64,000 bases of DNA from Candidatus Omnitrophota bacterium (GCA_028870995.1 JAGWOI010000002.1:46463-110462); one strand, 5' to 3'; positions 1 to 13,121 are shown, counted from the first letter of the stretch. Made by a program: numbers and translations. The notes: generated from the letters alone by a model not told the origin.

Positions 1-490
1 TGCGCTTTAAAAGGCCGCTGATGTCTATCCCCAGGGCCTTGCCTTCCCGGCGGCGCATGCCGGACACCTCGGTCACGGCTTTGTGCAATGATTTCTCCAG
101 GGCCGGCCAAACTTCCGCAGGCTGCACGAAAACCTCCCTGGCTTCGACCACCCCGGGCAGGCGCATGATGTCCCTGACGGCAATGTCATTTTTCAAATGG
201 TGCCGGTGGCTCAAGGCCCTGGCGAAATCCAGGTAGCGTTTGACAGCCCCCTGGTTTAACGTTATCTCGGTATGCGGCCTCTCTGTGATTTTAACGGATA
301 CCGTGACCCGGCCCCGTTTGATGCTCCGGGCGATTATTTTCTGGATCTTGTCCTCCAGTGACGAAAACCCCGACGGAAGATAAAATGCCACATCCAGGTA
401 GCGGTGATTGACGGTCTTGACCTCGACGATCCCCTTGACCTTGCCGAAACTGATCTCCCCTGCGCCGAATCCTGTCATGCCTGTGATCAT
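1..490 (-). CDS. YicC/YloC-family stress-induced protein (partial; C-terminus lies beyond the window start)
   Basis: Minus-strand reading from ATG at 490 gives MITGMTGFGAGEISFGKVKGIVEVKTVNHRYLDV..., matching the YicC_N MTGFG and VNHR(Y/F)LD motifs. SD AGGAAGGG lies upstream. The gene is not closed in the window, so the ORF track does not list it. Confidence 0.6.
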   Translation of the reverse strand, partial: MITGMTGFGAGEISFGKVKGIVEVKTVNHRYLDVAFYLPSGFSSLEDKIQKIIARSIKRGRVTVSVKITERPHTEITLNQGAVKRYLDFARALSHRHHLKNDIAVRDIMRLPGVVEAREVFVQPAEVWPALEKSLHKAVTEVSGMRRREGKALGIDISGLLKR

Positions 491-524
491 GCCTGTTCCC
501 TTCCTTAAAATTTACCAAATGCCC

Positions 525-974
525 TTACGCCAACAGCTCGCTTTTCCTAAACCATAGCTTGATTTCCCGCCGGGCTTCCTTGACATCCGACGAGACATGG
601 ACCAAATTTTCGAACACCCCCTTGGTGGTCACCCTGCCGAACTTACCGCGCACGGACTTGGGGTCAGCCGCCTCGGGGTTGGTGGCACCGGCGATGCGGC
701 GGCACTTGGCTATCGCGTCGGGCCCTGTGTAGACCATGGCCACGACGGGGTTATTGCCGTGCAGCTTGCCCATGAGATAATCAACGATCTCAGCAAAAAA
801 TGTTTGGCCGCGCAGATGCCCATAATGGGCCCGCGCGAGTTTCAAGGGAACCTGCACCAGCTTTAGCCCCACCAGCTTCAGGTCCCCAGCTGAAAACAGG
901 CTGATCACCTCGCCGGCCACGGCTTTTTGCAAGCCGTCGGGTTTGATCAGGACTAATACGGATTGCGGCGTCAT
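525..974 (-). CDS. ndk: nucleoside diphosphate kinase
   Basis: 149 aa with IKPDG, YxxGPxxAM and NxxHxSD-type motifs. Its start overlaps the parB stop by ATGA. Confidence 0.9.
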   Translation of the reverse strand: MTPQSVLVLIKPDGLQKAVAGEVISLFSAGDLKLVGLKLVQVPLKLARAHYGHLRGQTFFAEIVDYLMGKLHGNNPVVAMVYTGPDAIAKCRRIAGATNPEAADPKSVRGKFGRVTTKGVFENLVHVSSDVKEARREIKLWFRKSELLA

Positions 975-1840
975 TTACGCAGCACCTCTAGAATGCGGTC
1001 GAGATCATCCAGGGTGTAATATTCGATCACCACTTTGCCCTTGCCCTTCTTATCTTCAATGAGGACCTTTGTCCCCAAAATTTTCCTAAGTTCTTCTTCC
1101 AGAATTTCAACATCGTGGTTTTTATTTTTTTCAACCGCTTTCTTAGCCGGTTGGTTTTGCCGGGAATTCTTGACTAAGTCCTCCACCTGCCGCACGGACA
1201 AACCTTTGTCGACGATAAGCTGGGCTATTTTTTTTTGAATCGAGACCTCTTCAATGCTTAATAAGGCGCGTGCGTGGCCCATGGAAATCCGGCCGTCAGC
1301 TACCTGTTTTTGAATTTCCTGAGGCAGGCGCAGCAAGCGCAAGAGATTGGTGACAGTGGAACGATCCTTACCAACAGCTTCCGCCACAGCCTCCTGAGTA
1401 AACTGGAACTCTTCCAGTAAACGTTTGAACCCCTGCGCTTCTTCAATGGCATTCAGTTCTTCTCGCTGAATATTTTCAACTAGAGCCAGAACCAGCGCTT
1501 CTCTGTCTGTGACATTTTTAATAATTACTGGAACTTGTTTCAAGCCAATGGCTTTTGCTGCTTTTAAGCGTCTTTCCCCTGCAACAACCTCATAGCCCTC
1601 TTTATATGAACGGACTAAAATGGGCTGCAAAATACCTTTTTCTTTGATTGAAGCTTTTAATTCTTCTTGCTTGGCTTGATCATAATTTTGGCGAGGCTGG
1701 AATCTGTTTTCCAGAATGGAAATTGTGTCAACATATGCAATGTTTTTTGAATTAATTTCCAGACTGGAAATTTCTTTACCTTCGGAAGGCTTTTTAGAAA
1801 TAAGGGCTGATAATCCTTTTCCTAAGGCTTTATTTTCCAT
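971..1840 (-). CDS. parB: chromosome partitioning protein ParB/Spo0J
   Basis: 289 aa with the ParB-box region GERRLKAAKAIGL...LALVENIQREELN. Sits next to parA in the conserved origin-proximal position. Confidence 0.9.
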   Translation of the reverse strand: MENKALGKGLSALISKKPSEGKEISSLEINSKNIAYVDTISILENRFQPRQNYDQAKQEELKASIKEKGILQPILVRSYKEGYEVVAGERRLKAAKAIGLKQVPVIIKNVTDREALVLALVENIQREELNAIEEAQGFKRLLEEFQFTQEAVAEAVGKDRSTVTNLLRLLRLPQEIQKQVADGRISMGHARALLSIEEVSIQKKIAQLIVDKGLSVRQVEDLVKNSRQNQPAKKAVEKNKNHDVEILEEELRKILGTKVLIEDKKGKGKVVIEYYTLDDLDRILEVLRK

Positions 1841-1859
1841 GCTTTACTCTCCGGTTGGA

Positions 1860-2648
1860 CTAAATACTAAGCGGTTTTTTGGATGCCGCATTATTTATCA
1901 AAAATTCTTCAGCCAATTCTTTATACTTGACAGCCCCTATTGAGGCATTGTCATAAAAATTGATGGGTTTCCCAAAACTTGGCGCCTCACTTAGACGTAT
2001 ATTCCTGGGAATAATAGAGTTGTAGACTTTGTCCTTAAAATAATTCTTGATCTCCCCTATCACCTCATTAGTTAAATTGGTTCTAAAATCCGCCATGGTC
2101 ATTAATACGCCTTCAATATGAAGCTCTGGGTTTAGGCCATCTTTAACTAAAGAAATGGTATTTAAAAGCTGTGAGACCCCTTCAAGGGCATAAAATTCGC
2201 ATTGAATAGGGATCAAAATAGAATCAGCAGCCACCAGGGTGTTTAAAGTCAACAGGCCCAGGGATGGCGGCGAATCTATAAATATGAAATCATAATTGTT
2301 TTTTATGCTTTCCAGTGCTTTTTTAAGCCTGGTCTCTCTCGATAAAACACCAACCAACTCTATTTCAGCACCAGTTAAATTGATATTACAAGGAATGATA
2401 TCTAAGTTATCGTAGCTTGTTTTTATGAGTGCCTGTGCGGTGCCGATGCGGTGTATGAGGACATCATATAGTGATTCTTTAACTTCGTTTTTGTTGACAC
2501 CCACCCCGCTACTTGAGTTCCCCTGCGGATCCATGTCAACAATAAGTACCTTTTTACCTAAAGCGGCCAACGCGGAAGCCAGATTGACTGTTGTGGTCGT
2601 TTTACCCGTGCCGCCTTTTTGATTGCAGATAGCAACGGTTTTTGTCAT
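1860..2648 (-). CDS. parA: chromosome partitioning ATPase ParA/Soj
   Basis: 262 aa with the deviant Walker A KGGTGKTTT and the ParA/MinD family signature. Confidence 0.92.
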   Translation of the reverse strand: MTKTVAICNQKGGTGKTTTTVNLASALAALGKKVLIVDMDPQGNSSSGVGVNKNEVKESLYDVLIHRIGTAQALIKTSYDNLDIIPCNINLTGAEIELVGVLSRETRLKKALESIKNNYDFIFIDSPPSLGLLTLNTLVAADSILIPIQCEFYALEGVSQLLNTISLVKDGLNPELHIEGVLMTMADFRTNLTNEVIGEIKNYFKDKVYNSIIPRNIRLSEAPSFGKPINFYDNASIGAVKYKELAEEFLINNAASKKPLSI

Positions 2649-2705
2649 CTTCCCCGCTCCCTCCTGCCCGGGCAGGCTGCCTATATTGGTTTCACGTGAA
2701 ACATT

Positions 2706-2891
2706 CTACTTTAAGGATACCTTTATTTTGGCTGTTTTTGCCCCTTGCATACCAAAAAGACCACGCTTTTCTTCACAAACGATCTTTATGTTCAACCTGC
2801 TTTTTGGAACCCCCAGCTTTAAAGCAGCCTTGTTGATAGCTTCATCAATGGTGTTGCCTTCAAATTCGTTAACTTCCGCCTTGTCATCCAT
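2706..2891 (-). CDS. Jag_N (KhpB N-terminal) domain-only protein
   Basis: 61 aa, EGNTIDEAINKAALKLGV...KIKV, resembling the Jag N-terminal domain. It sits in the position of jag downstream of yidC but has no KH/R3H part. Confidence 0.55.
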   Translation of the reverse strand: MDDKAEVNEFEGNTIDEAINKAALKLGVPKSRLNIKIVCEEKRGLFGMQGAKTAKIKVSLK

Positions 2892-2892
2892 A

Positions 2893-4485
2893 TTAAGTTT
2901 TGGGCCGCTTGGAAAGTCTCCATTGCGTTGTTGTCGCTAAAGAATAATAAACTAAAAAGTACAGGGCCCAGGCACTGGCGAACTTGTAAAACATAAAGGT
3001 CATCATAACAGGCAAAATGTACATCATCATTTTTTGCTGCATGGCCTGTTGTTCATCTGTGACAACAACGTTTTTACTGGAAATTCTTTGTTGCAAGTAG
3101 AAAAGCCCCCCTGTTATGATCGGTAATATATTAAATTCATTGCCCACAAAAGGCAAATAAAAAGGAAGAATTATCAACCGGTCTGGCTGTGTCAAATCTT
3201 TGATCCATAAAAAATGCTGCCCCTGGAAATACTGCGCTCTCCACATGATCTGCAACAAAGCATAAAAAAATGGCATTTGGATCAAAAACGGCAGGCACCC
3301 GCTCATGGGATTGATCTTTTCCCGTCGATAAATCTCCATCATCTCTGCCTGAGCTTTTTGAGGATCATTCTTATGCCGCTCTTGCAAAGCTTTAATTTTA
3401 GGCTGTATTTCCTGCATTTTACGCATGGAAAGCATGCTTTTCATGGTCAACGGATAGGTCAACCCATAAAAAGTTATGCCAATCAAAATGATGGCAATGC
3501 CCCAATTTTTGAAAATAAGATGAAAAATATAAATTGCGTGATAAATAAGCTGCGCCGGCCATTCATAAATCCAGTATTTACTAAATATGACTATATTTTC
3601 AAAACCGCTGCCATATTTCTTCATTAGCCAACGATCTTGCGGTCCAGCGTAAATACTAAAATTATAAACAACGCTCTCCCCTGGTCCCAATTTTTTTTCA
3701 GGGGCTTTTATGTAAATGCTTAATTTCTTATCACTTTCACTCTTAATATCACATGCGGCCGTATCAAATTCCGGCTTTATGATGACCGCATCATAATGAT
3801 CCCTAAATCCAACCCAGCCTATTTTGGCAGATTTACTCAAATTGTTTTTATCATTAAATTTAGTGGCATTGTCTCGGCGAACCAAAAATCCTTTGTGTAA
3901 ATACACCGAATACTCGTCAAGATTGTTTTCCCTATTGTTTTGACTGAGCAAATTTGAATCATCTATTTTAAAAGATTTGAAAACAAAATTTTTCAGAATG
4001 GAAATTTCTGAAATATTTTTAATTTCCATTCTGACACTCAAAGTGTTTTGATCTTTAATTTGGTAGGTCTTTGTAATTTTCCAATCTTTGTCTTGATAGA
4101 AAAAGGAAACTTCTTTGTTATCAATTTGTTGTCCTTTAAAAACGACATTACCAAATCCACTAAGGCTAATTACGTCTGTCAGCGGTAGGGGATTGCTGCC
4201 TAAAAATTTGGTATTGTGGAGTAATCCACCCACTTTTGAGAATGAAAAAATTGATTTGTGGGTTTTAATGGTGTAATCGTCTGTCTTTTTTACCTCAGAA
4301 GTGGTTGTTTCGTTTAATTTTTTGGGCTGACTTTCTTTAATGTTTTCTTCATTTATAACTTCATTTTTTTGAGTAAGTTGTGATTTATTTAGCGTATGAA
4401 GCGGTTTAGGAGCTACAAATAAGGCTTGATAGGTAAATAAGAGTGCGGCAGATAACAGAATAGCTACAAGAGTATTACGTTCCAT
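2893..4485 (-). CDS. yidC: membrane protein insertase YidC
   Basis: 530 aa with the conserved C-terminal core: PLTxKSxxSMRKMQEIQPKIKALQE..., CLPxLIQMPFF, YALYFL. Confidence 0.92.
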   Translation of the reverse strand: MERNTLVAILLSAALLFTYQALFVAPKPLHTLNKSQLTQKNEVINEENIKESQPKKLNETTTSEVKKTDDYTIKTHKSIFSFSKVGGLLHNTKFLGSNPLPLTDVISLSGFGNVVFKGQQIDNKEVSFFYQDKDWKITKTYQIKDQNTLSVRMEIKNISEISILKNFVFKSFKIDDSNLLSQNNRENNLDEYSVYLHKGFLVRRDNATKFNDKNNLSKSAKIGWVGFRDHYDAVIIKPEFDTAACDIKSESDKKLSIYIKAPEKKLGPGESVVYNFSIYAGPQDRWLMKKYGSGFENIVIFSKYWIYEWPAQLIYHAIYIFHLIFKNWGIAIILIGITFYGLTYPLTMKSMLSMRKMQEIQPKIKALQERHKNDPQKAQAEMMEIYRREKINPMSGCLPFLIQMPFFYALLQIMWRAQYFQGQHFLWIKDLTQPDRLIILPFYLPFVGNEFNILPIITGGLFYLQQRISSKNVVVTDEQQAMQQKMMMYILPVMMTFMFYKFASAWALYFLVYYSLATTTQWRLSKRPKT

Positions 4486-4489
4486 TGGT

Positions 4490-4735
4490 TTACCTTACTG
4501 GGTCGTACCCGCCCTGGGTTATGGGAGAGCAACGCAAGATTCTAAGGATGGCTTTTTTTATCCCGGTCCAAACACCAAACCGTTCAATGGCTTCGATGGC
4601 ATACTGAGAGCATGAGGGATAGAAACGGCAGTGTCTGTGGCACACGGCCCGGCTTAAAAACTGGTAGGTTTTGATGCCTGAAACCAGGGTCTTCACCACA
4701 AGGCCTGGCTGCTTCGACGTTGCGCTGGATGTCAT
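4490..4735 (-). CDS. yidD: membrane protein insertion efficiency factor YidD
   Basis: 81 aa with CRFYPSCSQYAIEAIERFG...RILRCSPITQGGYDPV (YidD/DUF37). Confidence 0.85.
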   Translation of the reverse strand: MTSSATSKQPGLVVKTLVSGIKTYQFLSRAVCHRHCRFYPSCSQYAIEAIERFGVWTGIKKAILRILRCSPITQGGYDPVR

Positions 4736-4754
4736 GAAAAAGCCTGCGAGATTT

Positions 4755-4892
4755 TTAGGGGATAAGCTTACGACGGCCTTTGGCGCGGCGGCGGCTGAGA
4801 ACCTTTCTGCCGTCGGCAGTGGCCATGCGCTTACGAAATCCGTGTCTTTTTTTCCCTACGATATTGGTCGGTGTTTTTAAATGCTTCTTCAT
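4755..4892 (-). CDS. rpmH: 50S ribosomal protein L34
   Basis: The C-terminal 45 aa of the 107-aa track [48 protein letters not shown], match L34 (HGFRxRMAT...RRRAKGR). The upstream 62-aa extension has no homology and is treated as read-through. Confidence 0.8.
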   Translation of the reverse strand: MKKHLKTPTNIVGKKRHGFRKRMATADGRKVLSRRRAKGRRKLIP

Positions 4893-5072
4893 TAAATTCG
4901 CTTTCTTAAATGAGTTATGCCGCTTTGAAAACGGCTGTTTTAGTTCGGAGATTATAACACAGGAACGGATCAAGTCAACAAAAAGAGTCAACGATGTGCC
5001 CGGCAAAGCAATAGGGAATATGTTTTTTGACGGCAAAAAGGCCTTCAACGGCTTGGGGTTGAGAAAAAACGG

Positions 5073-5100
5073 TTGCAATCAAACAGGGCTTTGTTATAAT
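5073..5100 (+). promoter_or_regulatory. putative dnaA promoter (TTGCAA, 16-nt spacer, extended -10 TGtTATAAT)
   Basis: Hexamers at 5073-5078 and 5095-5100 with TG at 5092-5093. Two 8/9 DnaA-box matches (tcATCCACA 5156-5164, TGTGaATAA 5167-5175) lie between it and the dnaA ATG. Confidence 0.35.
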
Positions 5101-5178
5101 GCCCATCGAACTTCAGCAAAATCAATACAGCCGTGAACCAACGGCTGTATTTATTTCATCCACAGCTGTGAATAACCT

Positions 5179-6525
5179 GTGATCTCGTCTGAAATGACAT
5201 TAATTGACGTCTGGCAGAAAGCCCAAAAACCCATCCGCACCACCATCGGCGAAACTTCCTACGACACCTGGTTTTCCCATCTGAAAATTTGCGAAAACAA
5301 TCCCGGCGTCTTGACCATCCAGGCCCCGGACGAATATTTCAAAAATTGGATCGATGAGCGCTACCGCACCATCATCGAACGGTGCCTGCGCACGGAAGCG
5401 GGGCAGGGGGTCAACATTGAGTTCGCGGTCAACGCCGAGCTGCTCAATAAAAACACCCAGCAAAAATTAACCCTGATCGAAAAGTCCTTTGCCCCGGCAG
5501 ACAAGAACCTGAATTTAAACCCCCGTTTTCTGTTTGAAAACTTTGTAGTCGGCGCCGGCAACCGTTTTGCCTTTGCCGCGGCCCAGGCCGTTGCCGAAAA
5601 CCCGGCCAAGGCCTACAACCCGTTTTTCATTTACGGACCGGTGGGGCTTGGCAAAACGCACCTGTTGCAGGCCATCTCCCATGAGGCGCAGCGCAAAAAT
5701 CCGAATTTAAAAATTTGCTACCTTTCATCCGAGCAGTTTACCAATGAACTCATCAATTCCATCCGCCATCATTCCGCCGAAAGTTTTCGGCAAAAATACC
5801 GCCACGTCGACATCCTCTTGATCGACGACATTCATTTTATCGCCGGTAAAATGTCCACCCAGGAAGAATTTTTCCATACGTTCAATACGCTCCACGATCA
5901 CCATAAACAGATCATCATTTGTTCGGACCGGCCGCCCAAGGAGATTTCGAATCTGGAGGAGCGGTTGGTGTCGAGATTCGCCTGGGGACTCGTCACCGAC
6001 ATCCAGCCGCCCGATTATGAAACACGGGTGGCTATTTTGCGCAAAAAACTGGAATTGGAGTCTGTAACCGTTCCGGATGATGTGCTACTATTTATAGCCC
6101 AAGAGATCAAGACCAACATCCGGGAACTGGAAGGCGCGCTCATCCGGGTCGTTGCCTATTCTTTATTGGAAGATAAAATGATTTCTTTGAACCTGGCCAA
6201 GCAGGTTTTGAAAGACATGGTCAAGGAAACCATCAAAACCATCAGTGTGGATATGGTTCAAAAAGAGGTGGCAGTCTATTACAATGTTCCCTTGGTTGAT
6301 TTGAAAAATAAAAAGCGTAATAAGAATGTGGTGGTGCCGCGGCAGGTGGCGATGTACTTGACGCGTAAATTGACTACCCATTCGTTACCTGAAATCGGTG
6401 CTGCTTTTGGCGGCAAGGACCACACCACCGTCTTACATGCTTATAAAAAAATAGAAAAAGATTTGATCAATAATTCTGATATTAAAAAGGCCGTTGATTA
6501 TTTAAACAGCATCCTATTGCAATAG
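5179..6525 (+). CDS. dnaA: chromosomal replication initiator DnaA
   Basis: 448 aa with AAA+ Walker [12 protein letters not shown], Walker B LLIDDIHF and a C-terminal DNA-binding domain ([10 protein letters not shown]...HTTV). Confidence 0.95.
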   Translation: MISSEMTLIDVWQKAQKPIRTTIGETSYDTWFSHLKICENNPGVLTIQAPDEYFKNWIDERYRTIIERCLRTEAGQGVNIEFAVNAELLNKNTQQKLTLIEKSFAPADKNLNLNPRFLFENFVVGAGNRFAFAAAQAVAENPAKAYNPFFIYGPVGLGKTHLLQAISHEAQRKNPNLKICYLSSEQFTNELINSIRHHSAESFRQKYRHVDILLIDDIHFIAGKMSTQEEFFHTFNTLHDHHKQIIICSDRPPKEISNLEERLVSRFAWGLVTDIQPPDYETRVAILRKKLELESVTVPDDVLLFIAQEIKTNIRELEGALIRVVAYSLLEDKMISLNLAKQVLKDMVKETIKTISVDMVQKEVAVYYNVPLVDLKNKKRNKNVVVPRQVAMYLTRKLTTHSLPEIGAAFGGKDHTTVLHAYKKIEKDLINNSDIKKAVDYLNSILLQ

Positions 6526-6675
6526 TGTGGATAAAAAATTCAGTTGTCCCAAACTTATCCACAGGTGTTAATAGCTGTAAGTTATTGAAAATACTGGTGA
6601 TTTTGTTTTTGATTCAACTTATCCACAACAACTAATAAGATTACTTCTATTTTTCGAAATTTAACCGTACAGTAC
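6526..6675. promoter_or_regulatory. candidate oriC (DnaA-box cluster plus AT-rich DUE) in the dnaA-dnaN spacer
   Basis: Three perfect TTATCCACA boxes at 6526-6534 (reverse), 6555-6563 and 6619-6627, followed by the AT-rich stretch 6640-6675. Confidence 0.55.
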
Positions 6676-6688
6676 TATATAAGGGCCT

Positions 6689-7783
6689 GTGAATATGAAA
6701 ATCAAAACCAATAAAGAAGAAATTCAAGCCGCAATTGCCACTGTCAGCAACATTGTTTCTCCCAAAGCAACCCTGCCGATATTATCTAACATGTTATTAG
6801 AGACTAAAGAAAGTTTATTAAAATTAAATACTACCGACCTTGATATAGGAATATCCTGTGAATTGCCTGTGCATGTGTATGAACAAGGGGCCATCACCAT
6901 TCCTGCTAAGCGATTTGGCGACATTGTGCGGGAATTGCCCAGCGGCGAAGTGGTTATTACCGCGCGCAAGAACAATCAGATCGATATAGAAGGGCTCAAT
7001 TGCCGTTTTAAGCTTAATGGTTTACCCAAGGAAGAGTTTCCCAAATTTCCTGAGTTTAAAGATAAAGATGCTGTTTTGATCAAGCAAAAAGATCTAAAAG
7101 AAATGATCGGGTTGACCCATTTCGCCGTTTCTTACGAGGAATCACGGTACGTCCTCAACGGCCTCCTATTGGAAGTGGCGGGTGATTTGGCAAGAATGGT
7201 GGCCACTGATGGCCGGCGCCTGGCTAAAATGGAAAAAAAATTAATACATCCTGCGTCCAGGGATTTCCATATCATCATTCCCATTAAAGCTATCAACGAA
7301 ATCAGCAGGAATTTAAAAGACGAGGGGCAGGTCAGCATCACCAATAGCAGCAACCAGGTGTTGTTCGATATTGACGGGGTTCTGATCGCCACGCGCATCA
7401 TCGAGGGGGAATTTCCTAATTATAAACAGGTCATCCCTAAAGAAAGCACCAACAAAGCCAAGGTCAAAACCCAGGACCTTTTATCTGCCATCCGCCGGGC
7501 CAATCTGCTCTCGACCCCGGATTTCCAGGCCATCAAATTCGAGCTTTTTAAGGATAAACTGGTGATTTCCAAGACCACGCCGGATGTGGGGGAGTCCAGG
7601 GAAGAGGTGTCGATCGAGTACGGCCAGCAGGAATTGATCGTGGGATTCAACCCGCAGTTTTTTATCGACGTGCTCAAGAATATCAACGAAGAGTATGTGC
7701 CAATGGAATTTTTAGGCCCCGACAAGCCTTGTGTGCTGCGGATCAAAGAGTACTTGTATTTAGCCCTTCCCATGAGATTATAA
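6689..7783 (+). CDS. dnaN: DNA polymerase III beta sliding clamp
   Basis: 364 aa in the conserved position after dnaA, with three-domain clamp-like sequence. Confidence 0.93.
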   Translation: MNMKIKTNKEEIQAAIATVSNIVSPKATLPILSNMLLETKESLLKLNTTDLDIGISCELPVHVYEQGAITIPAKRFGDIVRELPSGEVVITARKNNQIDIEGLNCRFKLNGLPKEEFPKFPEFKDKDAVLIKQKDLKEMIGLTHFAVSYEESRYVLNGLLLEVAGDLARMVATDGRRLAKMEKKLIHPASRDFHIIIPIKAINEISRNLKDEGQVSITNSSNQVLFDIDGVLIATRIIEGEFPNYKQVIPKESTNKAKVKTQDLLSAIRRANLLSTPDFQAIKFELFKDKLVISKTTPDVGESREEVSIEYGQQELIVGFNPQFFIDVLKNINEEYVPMEFLGPDKPCVLRIKEYLYLALPMRL

Positions 7784-7786
7784 TCA

Positions 7787-8050
7787 ATGGATCCGATCAA
7801 AGATATCGTAGCGCAGATCATGGGACAGATGTCGTCGCATACTTTTTTGGGCGACATCCAGTCTGCATGGGAAAGAATAGCCCAGGATAAGCACAGCAAG
7901 GCGGTTGGTTTTAAGGAGGGGTGCTTGACGGTCAGCGCCCAAAATTCGCTGTGCCTGGTTAGGTTGAATTTAAACAGGGAAAAACTTTTGAAGGATATTC
8001 GGAAGGAATTCCCGTCGGTAATAAAGATCAATTTCAAAGCAGGCAGGTAA
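7787..8050 (+). CDS. DUF721 (DciA-like) protein
   Basis: 87-aa basic protein located between dnaN and gyrB, where DUF721 genes commonly sit. The call rests on position and size, not on a strong motif. Confidence 0.55.
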   Translation: MDPIKDIVAQIMGQMSSHTFLGDIQSAWERIAQDKHSKAVGFKEGCLTVSAQNSLCLVRLNLNREKLLKDIRKEFPSVIKINFKAGR

Positions 8051-10510
<2,460 letters not shown>

Positions 10511-10527
10511 TAGAAAGGTATTCTTTC

Positions 10528-12984
10528 ATGTCACGCGATTTGAACAAAAAAGAACGCATCATCCCGGTTTATATCGAAGAGGAGATGAAGAACTCCTATC
10601 TCTCCTATTCCATGTCGGTTATCGTTGGAAGGGCGCTTCCGGATGTGCGCGACGGCCTCAAGCCGGTGCACCGCCGCATTTTGTACGCCATGAAGGAGCT
10701 TAACCTCGAGCACAACAAGCCTTACAAAAAAAGCGCGCGTATCGTCGGTGAAGTGTTGGGCAAATACCATCCGCACGGCGACACCGCCGTCTACGACACC
10801 ATGGTGCGCATGGTGCAGGACTTTTCGTTGCGTTATCCACTGATCGATGGGCAGGGGAATTTCGGCTCCATCGACGGCGATGCGGCGGCGGCCATGCGGT
10901 ACACAGAAGCCCGCATGGACGCGGTGGCCGAGGAGATGCTCAACGACATCGAGAAGCAGACGGTGGACTTCAGCCCCAACTTCGACGGCTCCCTGGAAGA
11001 ACCGGACATTTTGCCCGGACTTGTCCCCAACCTTTTGGTCAATGGATCCTCCGGGATCGCGGTGGGCATGGCCACCAACATGGCGCCTCACAATTTAGGG
11101 GAAGTGGTGGACGGCATCGTGCACCTGCTGGACAACCCGGAGGCCTCGATCAAAGAACTGACCAAATTCGTCAAGGGGCCGGATTTTCCGACGGGTGGGA
11201 TCATCTGCGGACGGGAAGGGTTTATTGATGCGTACAACAACGGCCGCGGCAAGGTCACCATCCGCGCCCGTGCCAGCATTGAACAGCAGAAAGGCAACCG
11301 GGAGGCGATCATCATCACCGAGATCCCCTACCAGGTCAATAAGGCCAACCTGATCACGGCCATCGCGGATTTGGTGCAGAACAAGCAGGTCGACGGCATA
11401 ACGGATATCCGCGATGAAAGTGACAAGGACGGCATCCGTGTGGTCATTGAATTGCGCCGTGACGTGGACGCCAACATCGTTTTAAACTACCTTTATAAAC
11501 ATACCCAAATGGAAATTACTTTTGGGATCATTAATCTGGCGCTGGTCAATAAATCGCCCAAGGTTTTGAACCTGAAACAGCTGATGGGTCATTATATTTC
11601 CCATCGCCGCCTGGTCATCCGCCGGCGCACCCAGTTCGATCTGGACAAGGCCCTGCGCCGTGCCCATATCCTGGAAGGCTTGAGGATCGCCTTCAAGCAC
11701 CTGGACGAGATCATCAAGACCATACGGGCTTCCAAGACCACCCAGGACGCCAAGGAGGCCCTGGTCAGGAAGTTTGAGCTTACGGAGGTCCAGGCCCAGG
11801 CCATCCTGGAAATGCAGCTGCAGCGCCTGGCCGCCCTTGAACGCGACAAAATAGAGGCGGAATACCAGCAGCTGTTGAAAGACATCGACAATTACCGCGC
11901 GATTTTGGCTTCGGAAAAACGGGTGGACGCGATCATCAAGGACGAGTTGATGGAATTGAAGAAAAAATATGCGGACGAGCGCCGCACCGAAATCGCCGCC
12001 AAGGCCGAAGACATAGAGATCGAAGACATGATCGCCGACGAGGATATGGCCATCACCATCAGCAACAAGGGCTATATCAAGCGCTTGTCGGTGGACGCCT
12101 ACCGTTCCCAGAAACGCGGGGGTAAGGGCGTTACAGCGCAGACCCTCTCCGAGGAGGATTTCGTGGAGCGCATGTTCGTGGCCTCATCCAAGGATTTTTT
12201 GCTCATTTTCTCCAATTCCGGCGCGGTGCGCTGGCTTAAGGTGTATGAAATCCCCGTGGCCTCACGCGCGGCCAAGGGCAAGGCCATCGTGAACCTGCTT
12301 TCCTTCAAGCCCGAGGAGAAGATCAGCGCCATTGTCGCGGTCAAGGAGTTCAGGGAAGACCAATTCCTGGTGTTCGCCACAAGCCAAGGCCTGGTCAAAA
12401 AGACCAAGGTTTCGGCGTACAACAATCCGCGCAAAGGCGGCATTGTCGGCATTGGCCTTGAAAAGGGCGATGAGCTGATCGGGGTGGGGTTGAGCAACGG
12501 CAAGGAAGATGTGCTTTTGGCCACCCGCGAGGGGATCTCGCTGCGTTTTCCCGAAAAACAATTGCGTGATATGGGCCGCTCCGCCAAGGGGGTGCGCGGG
12601 ATCAATCTGGAAAAAGGGGACTTTGTCGTCGGCATGCTGGTTTTTGCGCCGGACATCGACAAGACCGGTGCCAAGCTTCTGACGGTCTGTGAATTGGGCT
12701 ATGCCAAGCGCTCCGATTTCACCGATTACCGCACGCAGTCCCGCGGCGGCAAGGGCATCATCAACGTGAAACTTACCGACAAGAACGGGCCGGTGGTGGG
12801 GGTTATGGCGGTTTGTGACGGCGATGAAATCATGGCGGTGACGAAGAAGGGCATGGTGGTGCGCTCGTCGCCTGCCGAAATCCGGGAAACCGGCCGCAGC
12901 GCCGTCGGCGTGCGCCTCATCTCGCTGGATCCGGGGGACAAGGTTTCTTCCATTGCCCACGTGGTCAGCCATGAAGAGGAGTAA
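10528..12984 (+). CDS. gyrA: DNA gyrase subunit A
   Basis: 818 aa with the active-site region around AAMRYTEAR, the QRDR-like [16 protein letters not shown] and C-terminal beta-pinwheel repeats. Confidence 0.95.
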   Translation: MSRDLNKKERIIPVYIEEEMKNSYLSYSMSVIVGRALPDVRDGLKPVHRRILYAMKELNLEHNKPYKKSARIVGEVLGKYHPHGDTAVYDTMVRMVQDFSLRYPLIDGQGNFGSIDGDAAAAMRYTEARMDAVAEEMLNDIEKQTVDFSPNFDGSLEEPDILPGLVPNLLVNGSSGIAVGMATNMAPHNLGEVVDGIVHLLDNPEASIKELTKFVKGPDFPTGGIICGREGFIDAYNNGRGKVTIRARASIEQQKGNREAIIITEIPYQVNKANLITAIADLVQNKQVDGITDIRDESDKDGIRVVIELRRDVDANIVLNYLYKHTQMEITFGIINLALVNKSPKVLNLKQLMGHYISHRRLVIRRRTQFDLDKALRRAHILEGLRIAFKHLDEIIKTIRASKTTQDAKEALVRKFELTEVQAQAILEMQLQRLAALERDKIEAEYQQLLKDIDNYRAILASEKRVDAIIKDELMELKKKYADERRTEIAAKAEDIEIEDMIADEDMAITISNKGYIKRLSVDAYRSQKRGGKGVTAQTLSEEDFVERMFVASSKDFLLIFSNSGAVRWLKVYEIPVASRAAKGKAIVNLLSFKPEEKISAIVAVKEFREDQFLVFATSQGLVKKTKVSAYNNPRKGGIVGIGLEKGDELIGVGLSNGKEDVLLATREGISLRFPEKQLRDMGRSAKGVRGINLEKGDFVVGMLVFAPDIDKTGAKLLTVCELGYAKRSDFTDYRTQSRGGKGIINVKLTDKNGPVVGVMAVCDGDEIMAVTKKGMVVRSSPAEIRETGRSAVGVRLISLDPGDKVSSIAHVVSHEEE

Positions 12985-13047
12985 TTCTCCTTGACGAAAA
13001 CAGGCGTCCTTTTATAATAACCACTCCAGTTAGGGTTGAACTTTCCC

Positions 13048-13121
13048 GACCCCATCGTCTAGCCTGGTTAGGACACGAGCTTTTCAAGCTCGCAGCACGG
13101 GTTCAAATCCCGTTGGGGTCG
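13048..13121 (+). tRNA. tRNA-Glu (anticodon UUC)
   Basis: The sequence GACCCCATCGTCTAGCCTGGTTAGGACACGAGCTTTTCAAGCTCGCAGCACGGGTTCAAATCCCGTTGGGGTCG folds as a cloverleaf. Acceptor GACCCCA pairs with TGGGGTC. The anticodon loop TTTTCAA gives anticodon TTC. The T-arm is ACGGG/CCCGT. CCA is not encoded. Confidence 0.8.

Noticed and set aside
291-518. Track ORF (75 aa, minus strand), and also the 21..236 plus-strand ORF
   Set aside because: These are out-of-frame or antisense readings of the yicC-family gene. Their translations are low-complexity Arg/Gly-rich junk. The real gene is the unclosed minus-strand frame starting at 490.
4755-5078. 107-aa track ORF treated as a single gene (for example as rnpA)
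   Set aside because: Only the last 45 aa match a known protein, ribosomal L34. The N-terminal 62 aa show no RnpA motifs and arise because there is no in-frame stop upstream. The gene is called as rpmH 4755..4892.
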